Assembly: GCA_046593725.1 (NCBI GenBank)
Contig: JBKJQY010000021.1
Span: forward strand, 12,179 to 76,178
Direction of reading: 5' to 3'
DNA length: 64,000 nucleotides
DNA from: Candidatus Limnocylindrales bacterium
GTDB lineage: Bacteria; Chloroflexota; Limnocylindria; Limnocylindrales; CSP1-4
Below are positions 36,074 through 44,463 of the stretch, piece by piece. Position 1 is the first letter of the stretch. Every line of letters starts with the position of its first letter. The position numbers and the translations under genes were made by a program. The notes below the pieces were generated by a model, which saw only the letters and a list, made by a program, of their open reading frames with translations, was not told the DNA's origin and did no database searches.

Positions 36074-37345
36074 TCATGGCGTGTCGATCCAGTGACCGGT
36101 GTAGGCAAAGCCGGTCTCAGAGGACGTGAGGTCCATCCCGTTGGCATTGACCGGACGCTGATCCGAGCCATCCGGGTTCATAAGCCACTGGAAGTTCTCC
36201 GAGTAGAGGATGTGCTTCCCGTCAGGCGTGAAGGACGCCCCACCGGCGCCGTTGGAATTCGTCAATCGCGTCTGACCTGTGCCGTCCGGCCGGATCGTGT
36301 ACACGTCGTGCGGCAGGCGCTGCACGCCGCCTGTGGAGTCGAGTGGTCCCGCGGTGAAGACGATCAACGTCCCATCCGGCGACCAATCTGGCTCCCCAGG
36401 GATCAGGGTGCCCGGGATGGGCAGGTCCGCGACGACGCGCGTGGCGAGGTCGACGATGGAGATGACTCCGGACTTCGGATACTCCGAGCCAGCCCAGGTG
36501 ATCCGCTGGAAGGCGATCTTCGAGCCGTCAGGCGACCAGGTGGGTTGCCCTGCGACCGCGTCGACGGAAGGCCCTCTCGTCGACTCGATGATCGTGATCG
36601 CGCCGGTCGCCAGGTCGCGGATGCCGATCCAGCTCTGGTCGCCTTCGATGTGCACGTAGGCGATCCTGGTGCCGGTCGGATCGTAGGCCGGGTCGCCTTC
36701 GATGCAGTCGCAGGTCGACCTGAGCTCGCGGAGGCCGCTGCCGTCCAGGTTCGCCTGCCAGTTCCGTGATTTGTCGGTGGTGTCCTGGAACACGACCCTG
36801 GTCCCGTCCCGCGATACGTCGGCGACCATCTGGCCCCAGGAGCCCGGCCGAAAATTCGTGGGAAGGAATTCGCGGGCGGTGGCGCCAGTCATGGTGGCTG
36901 GATCCATGAGGTAGAAGCGGCGCCGGTCGTAGTTGTTGCCGGTCCCGGTCTCGGAGCCGTCGGGGGCATTCCCGAAGTGTTCGAGGAGGATCCGGCCGGG
37001 CAGATCCGAGTAGTCGGCCGCAGGGCTGGCCGACGGCGTCGGCGATGGCGTGGCGGTCGGAGCCGGCGAGGGCGTCGGGCTCTCACCCGGTCCGGCGACG
37101 GACGAGTTCGATCTCCCGAAGGCGAAGAACGCGACGCCGACGACGAGCACGCCGATGCCGGCTGCGGTCGCGAGGCGAGTGGTGGGAGTCATCTTGGGCA
37201 ACCTCCACGGGATCCGCAGATCCCGTTCCTGTGATGTGGTCTGGATCAAGAGGAGCGCGGCGTCCACGGCGCGGTCGGGCGCCTGGGTCGGGCCGACCTC
37301 GAGCCACGACCGAGCGGCCCGTTCGAGCGAACGATCGTCGGTCAT
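36074..37345 (-). CDS. anti-sigma-like N-terminus plus TM plus TolB-like beta-propeller protein
   Basis: ORF 36074..37690. Start ATG 37345 (ATGA overlap with the sigma stop). Repeated …SPDG(S/T)…(I/V)(A/V)F… propeller blades. Confidence 0.7.
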   Translation of the reverse strand: MTDDRSLERAARSWLEVGPTQAPDRAVDAALLLIQTTSQERDLRIPWRLPKMTPTTRLATAAGIGVLVVGVAFFAFGRSNSSVAGPGESPTPSPAPTATPSPTPSASPAADYSDLPGRILLEHFGNAPDGSETGTGNNYDRRRFYLMDPATMTGATAREFLPTNFRPGSWGQMVADVSRDGTRVVFQDTTDKSRNWQANLDGSGLRELRSTCDCIEGDPAYDPTGTRIAYVHIEGDQSWIGIRDLATGAITIIESTRGPSVDAVAGQPTWSPDGSKIAFQRITWAGSEYPKSGVISIVDLATRVVADLPIPGTLIPGEPDWSPDGTLIVFTAGPLDSTGGVQRLPHDVYTIRPDGTGQTRLTNSNGAGGASFTPDGKHILYSENFQWLMNPDGSDQRPVNANGMDLTSSETGFAYTGHWIDTP

Positions 37346-37893
37346 GCGAGGCGTCCTTCCTGGACGACGGGTTCCGATTCCGTCAACAGATAGGCGCGAA
37401 GCCCGCGCGTGGCGTAGTGCAATCGGGATCGGGCCGTGCCCGCGGGGATCTCCAACAGCTCGGCGATCTCCACGAGCGGCAGCCCGAGGTAGTGGTGCAG
37501 GACGAAGACCGCCCGCTGATCCACCGGAATGCGCCGGAAGGCGCGCTCCAGTTCGTCTCGGTCGGCCAGGGCGGCGCTCCCATCCGGCGTCGATGGCCCA
37601 TCCATGGGCAGGACGCGCACGGAAGCGACCCACGGACGAGCCCGCTGGGACTCGTCGTAACAGGCATGCACGAGGATCCGATGGATCCACGCTTCGAATC
37701 GCTCTGGTTCCCGCAGGTGCGGGAGCCGGCGCCAGGCAAGCACGAGTGCGTTCTGCAGCGCGTCCTCGGCGAGACTCGAGTCGCGCAGGATCCGCTGGGC
37801 GACGGCATAGAGCGAGTCACTCACCTGATGCACCAGGAGCGTGAACGCTTCGCGATCGCCCCGACGGGCCTGTTCGACCAGGTCTCGATCCAC
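37342..37893 (-). CDS. ECF (group IV) sigma factor, paralogue B
   Basis: 183-aa ORF; MDRDLVEQARRGDREAFTLLV…, LPLVEIAELLEIPAGTARSRLHYA. Clearly paralogous to 33453..34004. Confidence 0.85.
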   Translation of the reverse strand: MDRDLVEQARRGDREAFTLLVHQVSDSLYAVAQRILRDSSLAEDALQNALVLAWRRLPHLREPERFEAWIHRILVHACYDESQRARPWVASVRVLPMDGPSTPDGSAALADRDELERAFRRIPVDQRAVFVLHHYLGLPLVEIAELLEIPAGTARSRLHYATRGLRAYLLTESEPVVQEGRLA

Positions 37894-37942
37894 CTTGAGC
37901 CTCCGGTCGCCGCTCCCATCGTGGGTGCGGACTACCCACTAT

Positions 37943-37969
37943 GACGGGAGGCCACGGGCCAAACGTTCA
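37943..37969 (-). promoter_or_regulatory. ECF-type promoter candidate (TGAAC-N18-CGTC) upstream of sigma paralogue B
   Basis: Minus strand TGAACGTTTGGCCCGTGGCCTCCCGTCATA, about 50 nt upstream of ATG 37893. Confidence 0.35.
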
Positions 37970-38307
37970 GTCGCGTTGGAGCGAGTGATCGAACGGCGCA
38001 CCGCACTATTGACTGGCAGTCAGCGTTCCAGGCCGCAAGGGCCGATCCAAGGCCGATCCGAACCCGTTTCCGGTCGTGTTGGTGACCCGTGGTCATCGGT
38101 GGCTCGGGATGACAGTGGTGAGGAGTCGCGTCAGGGGCACTTCAGGGCCAGATCGATGACCTCCGGTCATCGCCGGACGAAACCCGACAGCTTCGTGTGG
38201 CACTAGAGATATCTCGTGACAGGTGCGTCAACCCGCATCGCGAGCGGCGTCGGACCGGGCTCCGCGGGTCTACCATCGCGGGGACACGGGATCACATCGG
38301 AGGCCGC

Positions 38308-39171
38308 ATGGTCCGACTCTTGCGCAAGCACCTCGACGCCCCGGATGAGGTCCGCAGGTTCCCGAACGGCCGCGTCGAGATCTTCGTGATCGGGGACAAC
38401 ATCGTCGGCAAGACGGTGTACGAGCCCGGCTGGCGATGGTCGACCGATGTCAGGCCCATCGCCGGCACGGACTTGTGCATGTATCACCACCTGGGCTACT
38501 GCCTCGGCGGCGTGCTGCGCTGCGTCCTGGAGGACGGCACGTCCCTGGAGATCGGCGCGGGCGAGGCATTCGAGATCCCACCGGCCCATGACGCGTGGGT
38601 CACCGGCGACGAACCCTGGGTGTCGGTGGACTTCGCCGGGATGCGCTCCTTCGCCCGCCCCATCGTGGGCAACGGCGAGCGGATCCTGTCGACCATCCTG
38701 TTCACGGACATCGTCGATTCGACGGCGATCGCCGTCCGGCTGGGCGACGCCGCCTGGCGCGAGGTGCTGTCGAGGCACAACGAGAAGGGTCGCTTCGAGC
38801 TGGATCGTTTTCGTGGACGAGAGATCGATACGACCGGCGACGGGTTCCTGGCACTGTTCGACAGCTCCGAGCGTGCGGTTCGTGCGGCAGCCGGCATCAG
38901 CGCGGCGGTGTCCGATCTGGGTCTTGCGATCCGGGCGGGCGTCCATACCGGTGAGGTCGAACTGGTCCCCGGAAACGTCCGGGGCGTCGCGGTGCACATG
39001 GCGGCGCGGGTGATGGCGCTTGCCGGCCCCGGCCAGGTCCTGGTCTCGGGCACCACGTACGAACTGCTGGCCGGGTCCAGCCTGGTCTTCGAGGACCTGG
39101 GTCGTCACGAGCTCAAGGGGATCACCGGCGCCCGGACGATCTACGCCCTGGCCATGCCACCACCGAGTTGA
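38308..39171 (+). CDS. cupin-like N-terminal domain fused to a class III adenylate/guanylate cyclase
   Basis: ORF 38197..39171, ATG 38308. Cyclase core ILFTDIVDSTAI…DTTGDGFLALFDS…IRAGVHTGEVE…GVAVHMAARV. Confidence 0.8.
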   Translation: MVRLLRKHLDAPDEVRRFPNGRVEIFVIGDNIVGKTVYEPGWRWSTDVRPIAGTDLCMYHHLGYCLGGVLRCVLEDGTSLEIGAGEAFEIPPAHDAWVTGDEPWVSVDFAGMRSFARPIVGNGERILSTILFTDIVDSTAIAVRLGDAAWREVLSRHNEKGRFELDRFRGREIDTTGDGFLALFDSSERAVRAAAGISAAVSDLGLAIRAGVHTGEVELVPGNVRGVAVHMAARVMALAGPGQVLVSGTTYELLAGSSLVFEDLGRHELKGITGARTIYALAMPPPS

Positions 39172-39195
39172 CCGACGGCGCCATGTCGGTCCGGA

Positions 39196-39720
39196 TCAGT
39201 CTCGGCCAACGACCTCACTTCGGCGCTCGAGCAGTACGACGTCGCGCCAGCGGCCGGTCCCGTCCTTGCCCATCCCCCGCTGGACGCCGACGCGCCGGAA
39301 CCCGACCGACTCATGCAGGGCGAGCGAGGCCGCATTCTCCGCCATGACGCCGGCGAAGAGGGTCCAATAGCCGGCCGCCTCCGAGTCGCGGATGAGCGCC
39401 CGCAACAGCGCCTGTCCGAAGCCGCGACCCCTGGCCTCTTCGGCGATGTAGACGCTCTCCCACGCGACGCCGCTGTAGACCTTGCGCGCCGAGTAGTGGC
39501 CGAGCGCCGTCCAGCCAAGCACGGGCCCAGCCGCCTCAGCCCGCCCGACCAAGCGGCACTCGGCCGGATGAGAGCGGTCGAAGTGGTCCCAATCCGGGGC
39601 CTCCCGCTCCAGCGTGGCGTCGCCGGTCGCGATCCCCTGGGCGTAGATCCGCCGGACGTCCGGCCAGTCGGCGGCCGTCATCGGCTCGACTCGGAGTCGC
39701 GAGGCCCTGGCGGATCCCAT
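39196..39720 (-). CDS. GNAT N-acetyltransferase (phosphinothricin/amino-acid acetyltransferase-like)
   Basis: 174-aa ORF; …VYIAEEARGRGFGQALLRALI…AENAASLALHESVGFRRVG. Start may be the internal ATG (MTAADW). Confidence 0.8.
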   Translation of the reverse strand: MGSARASRLRVEPMTAADWPDVRRIYAQGIATGDATLEREAPDWDHFDRSHPAECRLVGRAEAAGPVLGWTALGHYSARKVYSGVAWESVYIAEEARGRGFGQALLRALIRDSEAAGYWTLFAGVMAENAASLALHESVGFRRVGVQRGMGKDGTGRWRDVVLLERRSEVVGRD

Positions 39721-39811
39721 CGGCGAATGATAGAGAGGCCCGAACGTCAGGGAGCGGCAGCGGCTCCGATCCGACGCGCGCAGCGACGGTTCGATCTTCG
39801 GTCTGGAGACC

Positions 39812-40822
39812 TCAGCCGGGGCGCATGACGATGGGATTCCGCAGTGAGCCCAGGCGTTCGACGGCGAGGGTCACCACGTCGCCCGGCTCCAGATATCGTC
39901 CCAGGGTCGCCTCGCGGGTCTCCAGCAGGCAGCCCGTCCCTACCGTCCCGCTGCCGACCAGCTCGCCGGGCCGAAGACGGACGTCTCTGGACGCGCGAGC
40001 GAGCATCTCGCCGAAGCTGAACTGCGCGTCCGACCAACGGCCCCGGCCGGTCTCGGTGCCGTTGACGTCGACGGTCATCGTCAGGTCGTAGCCGGTAGCG
40101 CGCCGAACGTCGGTCAGTTCGTCCGGCGTGACGATGTACGGGCCGAACGAGCTCGCGAAGTCCTTTCCCTTGGCCGGCCCCAGGTGGAGCGCCATCTCCT
40201 CGCGCTGCAGGTCGCGCGCCGACCAGTCGTCGAAGATCGTGTAGCCGCCGATGACCTCCTCGGCGCGTTCCGCGACGAGGTCCGCGGCCGGCGTGTCCAC
40301 GATCGCGGCGACCTCCAGCTCGTAGTCCAGTTCGGCGCAGCCGGCCGGGGCCCAGATGAGATCGCCATGGCCGCGGATCTCGGAGGGGTTCGTGAAGTAG
40401 AAGACCGGCAGCGTGTACCAGCGCTCCGGGATCGTCCCGCCGCGTCGAGCCCACATCGCGCCCACGTGGCCTTCGAAGGCATAGAAGTCCCGTACCGACG
40501 GGGGACGCAGGACCGGCGGGCCGAACGCGAGATCGTCCGCCAGCAGGACCGCGTCGTCGTCGTCACGGGGCTGGAACCCCTCGATCAGCTCGCGCAGGGC
40601 CTCGATCCGGAGCCCGCGGGCCAGATGGTCGTCCAGGGTCGTGACCGGGGTGCGGTGGAGGACGGCGTTGTGCGCGAGGGCCCCGTTCGCACGAACGGCA
40701 CGAGCCCTCGCGACCTCAAGGTCCAGCCAACGAACCGGGCTGTCGGCCGCATCCAGCGCAGCCGCGAGCCGCCACGGCATCCCGGCCGGGGCGGCTCGCT
40801 CGCGGACATGCGCGATCCTCAT
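39812..40822 (-). CDS. fumarylacetoacetate hydrolase (FAH) family protein
   Basis: 336-aa ORF; …LDYELEVAAIV…IGGYTIFDDWSARDLQ…GPAKGKDFA…PGELVGSGTVGTGC. Confidence 0.8.
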   Translation of the reverse strand: MRIAHVRERAAPAGMPWRLAAALDAADSPVRWLDLEVARARAVRANGALAHNAVLHRTPVTTLDDHLARGLRIEALRELIEGFQPRDDDDAVLLADDLAFGPPVLRPPSVRDFYAFEGHVGAMWARRGGTIPERWYTLPVFYFTNPSEIRGHGDLIWAPAGCAELDYELEVAAIVDTPAADLVAERAEEVIGGYTIFDDWSARDLQREEMALHLGPAKGKDFASSFGPYIVTPDELTDVRRATGYDLTMTVDVNGTETGRGRWSDAQFSFGEMLARASRDVRLRPGELVGSGTVGTGCLLETREATLGRYLEPGDVVTLAVERLGSLRNPIVMRPG

Positions 40823-40840
40823 CGATCCGGTCCCGCGTCC

Positions 40841-41185
40841 CTACGAGACAGGCGCGGCGACGATATCGCCACCGCCCATCAGGGTCAGCGTGCCATCGGC
40901 TGCGACCGTCCAGGTCGTCGAGGCCTGCAGCGCCGCCGTGAACGCCGTCTCCTGACCGCCGACCGGCCCTTCGCTTGCCATCATGGTCAGGGCCAGGGGT
41001 CCGAACGTCAGTGCGGCGCCATCGACCGGGTACGCACCGTTGTCGGTGTTGCAACCGGTCGTCCCGGTGACCATCCCATCGGCCCCGTGTCGCAGCGTCG
41101 GCGGTGTCGCCCGAAGCGTGTCGGTCGCCAGTCGTGGACGCATGTGCCGGGGCTCCAGGTTCGAAGGGAGACGGGACCGCTTCAA
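40841..41185 (-). CDS. META (HslJ-like) domain protein, no obvious signal peptide
   Basis: 114-aa ORF; …DGMVTGTTGCNTDNGAYPVDGAALTFGPLALTMMA…. The N-terminus looks non-native, so the start is uncertain. Confidence 0.5.
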   Translation of the reverse strand: MKRSRLPSNLEPRHMRPRLATDTLRATPPTLRHGADGMVTGTTGCNTDNGAYPVDGAALTFGPLALTMMASEGPVGGQETAFTAALQASTTWTVAADGTLTLMGGGDIVAAPVS

Positions 41186-41268
41186 CGCGGCGACGAAAAG
41201 GGTGCGGAATGTCCTTCGGCAGGCATTGTAGGCATCAGACGGCCCATTTCGAACGCTCGGCAGACCGA

Positions 41269-41451
41269 TCAGCCCATAGGGCCGCCCTTCGGTCCTGTGG
41301 GGACCGTGATCTGCACGAGCTCTTCGTCAACGTTGACGATCTCGACGTTCGATGTCGGATCTGGCCGATGGCCATGCACGTTCGCCACGATCGCGGTCCC
41401 TCCAGCATCGGAGCGGTCACGAGCGGTCGCCGCGAGGCCAGCCGCCGTCAC
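41269..41451 (-). other. copy 2 of the duplicated ~150-nt element; contains an intact 60-codon ORF
   Basis: ORF 41269..41451: MTAAGLAATARDRSDAGGTAIVANVHGHRPDPTSNVEIVNVDEELVQITVPTGPKGGPMG. About 80 % nt identity to 24353..24513. Confidence 0.4.
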
Positions 41452-41469
41452 GCCCTGACGAGGCCGCGG

Positions 41470-42639
41470 CTAGAGGTTGCCGCGCTTGGCCTGTTCGCGT
41501 TCGATGGCTTCGAACAGGGCCTTGAAGTTGCCGACCCCGAAGCCGCGCGAGCCGTGCCGCTCGATGATCTCGAAGAAGAACGTGGGCCGATCCTGGACCG
41601 GTCGCGTGAAGATCTGGAGGAGGTAGCCCTCCTCGTCGCGATCCGCTTCGATACCAAGCTCCTCGAGCGTGTCGATCGGCACGCCCACGTCACCGACGCG
41701 GTCGGCGAGCGTCGCGTAGTACTCGTGTGGCAGGCCAAGGAATTCGATGCCGTTGTCGCGCAGCCGCCGGACGGTGCCCACGATGTCCTCGGTTCGCAGG
41801 GCGATGTGCTGGCAGCCGGGCGAGCGATACCAGTCGAGGTACTCCTGGATCTGGCTCTTCTTCTTGCCAGCGGCCGGTTCGTTGATCGGGAACTTGACCC
41901 GGCCGTTGCCGTTGGTCATGACCTTGGACATCAGCGCCGAATACTCGGTGTGGATGACCTTGTCGTCGTAATGGATGAGCTGGGCGAAGCCCATCACGTC
42001 ACGGTAGTACTCGACGAAGGTGTCCATCTCGCCAAGGCCCACGTTGCCGACGCAGTGGTCGACTTCCAGCAACGACAGCCCGCCCGCCGCGGGAGCGCCA
42101 GGCTTGACGTTGCGATAGCCGGGCGCGAAGACACCGCCGTAGTCATTCCGATCGACGAACGAATGGAGCGTCTCCCCGTACGTCCGGATCGACGCCTTGC
42201 GCAGGATCCCATCCTCACCGCCGTCGAGCTCCGTGGGCGTCAACGATGAGACAGCGCCGCGGGCCGTCGTCTCGCGCCAGGCCGACTCGACGTCGTCCAC
42301 CGCGAATGCGATGTCGTGGACCCCATCGCCGTGCTCGCGGACGTGGTCGGCGATCTCGCCGTCCGGCGTCAAGGGCGCCGTGAACACGAATCGGATCCCG
42401 TTCTGGACCATGACGTAGCTGGCCCGGTCGCGGATCTTGGTCTCGAGGCCACTGAACGCCACCGGCGTGAAGCCCCACAGGGCGCGGTAGTAGGCCGAAG
42501 CCTGGCGGGCGTTGCCCACCCAGAACTCAACGTGGTCGATGCCCTTCAGCGGCAGGAAGTCCTCTGCCTTCGCATACGCGTCCACATCGATACGCGCGCC
42601 CGCCTGGTTGGCGGCACCGCGGGATACCGTCTCGGTCAT
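41470..42639 (-). CDS. hppD: 4-hydroxyphenylpyruvate dioxygenase
   Basis: 389-aa ORF. Two VOC modules and a C-terminal …FFEIIERHGSRGFGVGNFKALFEAIEREQ, typical of HPPD. Confidence 0.9.
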   Translation of the reverse strand: MTETVSRGAANQAGARIDVDAYAKAEDFLPLKGIDHVEFWVGNARQASAYYRALWGFTPVAFSGLETKIRDRASYVMVQNGIRFVFTAPLTPDGEIADHVREHGDGVHDIAFAVDDVESAWRETTARGAVSSLTPTELDGGEDGILRKASIRTYGETLHSFVDRNDYGGVFAPGYRNVKPGAPAAGGLSLLEVDHCVGNVGLGEMDTFVEYYRDVMGFAQLIHYDDKVIHTEYSALMSKVMTNGNGRVKFPINEPAAGKKKSQIQEYLDWYRSPGCQHIALRTEDIVGTVRRLRDNGIEFLGLPHEYYATLADRVGDVGVPIDTLEELGIEADRDEEGYLLQIFTRPVQDRPTFFFEIIERHGSRGFGVGNFKALFEAIEREQAKRGNL

Positions 42640-42730
42640 GTCTGCTCCCCTGCTGCTGGCGGGGCGGGCGGCCAGAGTCGCCCGTGGTCGTGGCCAGTCA
42701 TGCTACGCCGCTCGTGCGACACTGCCCACC

Positions 42731-43252
42731 ATGACGACCGAAGACCCGCTCAGCCGACTACGCGCGGCCGCCGAGCGCTTTGCCGCGACCCGTCCCGCCG
42801 TCGTCGAGGGATCGCCCTGGCCGTTGGCCGAGCGGTTCGACGACGCCCCCGAAGCCGACTGGGGACCGCCGGAAGTCCTGGCCCATCTCGCCGAGATGAT
42901 CCCGTTCTGGCAGGGCGAGATGGAACGGATCCTGGCAGGTGGCTCGGCCGGCGCGGCCGGCGATGCCGTCCCGTTCGGCCGGGTTGCCTCGGACGCTGTC
43001 CGGATCGCGGTCCTCGGACGGGACCGATCGCTCCCGGTGGCCGAGCTCTACGATCGCGTCGCCGGGTCGGTCGAGCGCTTCGAGCGTCGCCTCCGGTCGC
43101 TCACTGACGAAGAGCGCGCCCGTGAGGGCCTCCATCCACGGCTCGGCGCCATGACCATCGAGGCGATCGCGGAGCGGTTCGTCATCGGCCACCTGGCCGA
43201 TCACGCGGTCCAGCTCGAGACCATCCTGGGCCTCGGGCCGCTGGAGTCCTGA
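42731..43252 (+). CDS. DinB-superfamily (MDMPI-like) protein
   Basis: ORF 42512..43252, ATG 42731. His-containing helix ends (EVLAHLAEM…, IGHLADHAVQL) typical of a DinB four-helix bundle. Confidence 0.65.
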   Translation: MTTEDPLSRLRAAAERFAATRPAVVEGSPWPLAERFDDAPEADWGPPEVLAHLAEMIPFWQGEMERILAGGSAGAAGDAVPFGRVASDAVRIAVLGRDRSLPVAELYDRVAGSVERFERRLRSLTDEERAREGLHPRLGAMTIEAIAERFVIGHLADHAVQLETILGLGPLES

Positions 43253-43258
43253 CCCAGG

Positions 43259-43834
43259 GTGTTCATCCTGTATGCGATCCCCATCGGGATCCTCCTCGGG
43301 TATCTCCTGGGCGGTCATTTGGGCCGGCTCGCCGACCTGCGCCTTCACTGGATCCCGCTTGCGCTGCTGGGCCTCCTGATCCAGGTCGCCCTGTTCTCGA
43401 ACCAGCTGGATGGGGACTTTGGTGACGCGGCGCCGGCGGTCTACATCGCGTCCAATCTGCTCGTATTCGCGATGGTCCTGCGCAACATCCGCGTCCCGGG
43501 CATGGCCCTCGCGGCCGTCGGGGCCGTGAGCAACCTCGTCGCGATCATCGCCAACGGCGGCTGCATGCCGGCGGACCCTGAAGCGGTCGCCGCGGTGGGT
43601 CTTGGTGGCCCGGGCTACTCCAATAGCTGCATCCTGACGGATCCCATCCTGCCGTTCCTGACCGACATCTTCGCGATGCCGGCGTGGATGCCCGGGGCGA
43701 ACATCTTCAGCGTGGGCGACGTCCTGCTGGGGGCAGGTGTGGCCCTGACGATCGCGCTGGCCATGCGCGCGCCGAAATCGGATCAGTCCGAATGGGGTCC
43801 TGCCGGTGACTCCGCCGCCTCGGCGGGGATGTGA
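43259..43834 (+). CDS. polytopic membrane protein (DUF5317-like)
   Basis: 191-aa ORF; MFILYAIPIGILLGYLLGG… with 5-6 hydrophobic segments and …NGGCMP…. The family name is from memory only. Confidence 0.55.
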   Translation: MFILYAIPIGILLGYLLGGHLGRLADLRLHWIPLALLGLLIQVALFSNQLDGDFGDAAPAVYIASNLLVFAMVLRNIRVPGMALAAVGAVSNLVAIIANGGCMPADPEAVAAVGLGGPGYSNSCILTDPILPFLTDIFAMPAWMPGANIFSVGDVLLGAGVALTIALAMRAPKSDQSEWGPAGDSAASAGM

Positions 43835-44463
43835 TAGGACCGCTTGAGCTCAGCGACGAGGCGATCCTCGGCGGATCGCGCCAGGAAGGTCCACACGAGA
43901 TAGACCGCGATCGCGACCGTCCAGGCGAGCGCCAGAACGGGAAGGACGATGGCGACCCCACCGGACGCACGAGCCCAGGTGATCGTCCCGTACATCCCTG
44001 CCGCCCACAGAAGGGCCGCGGCCCCGCTGTAACCGAGCGTTGAGGCCGACATCATCCCGGTCGGGTCACCCAGGGACAGCGCCGCGATCTTCGGGGCGTC
44101 CGGCGGGTAGAAGTAGGCCGCCTCCAGTCGATGCGCGACGAGGACGTTACGCCCGAACCGCGCATTGATGGCCCGCTCCAGGTACTCGGCATGGCGGCGG
44201 GCGAAGACGGTATAGAAGAAGAGGTAGCCCGTCTCGAGGAAGGCGAATGGCACGAGGAACGGGACGATCACGACGGCGGCCGGCGCGAGATCGGTGGACC
44301 CCACGATCAGGAGTGCGATGGTCACGATGCCCCAGTCGCGGATCCGCCTGAAGAACAGGTCCGAGTACCCGAAGAGCATCCCGCGCATCCGCGCCAGCTG
44401 GTCCGCCAAAAGGTCCAGCTCGCGCCGTCCGTCGTCGTCCACGAATGCATCGTAGCCAGTCAC
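43783..44463 (-). CDS. hypothetical membrane protein
   Basis: ORF 43783..44553. GTG 44463 forms a GTGA overlap with the S9 peptidase stop. Four hydrophobic segments. Confidence 0.5.
   Translation of the reverse strand: MTGYDAFVDDDGRRELDLLADQLARMRGMLFGYSDLFFRRIRDWGIVTIALLIVGSTDLAPAAVVIVPFLVPFAFLETGYLFFYTVFARRHAEYLERAINARFGRNVLVAHRLEAAYFYPPDAPKIAALSLGDPTGMMSASTLGYSGAAALLWAAGMYGTITWARASGGVAIVLPVLALAWTVAIAVYLVWTFLARSAEDRLVAELKRSYHIPAEAAESPAGPHSD

Noticed and set aside
41269-41451. ThiS/MoaD-like sulfur-carrier reading of the 60-aa ORF (…DEELVQITVPTGPKGG near the C-terminus).
   Set aside because: The Gly-Gly is followed by PMG. The N-terminal half has no beta-grasp pattern, and no E1-like or thiamine/molybdopterin genes are nearby.
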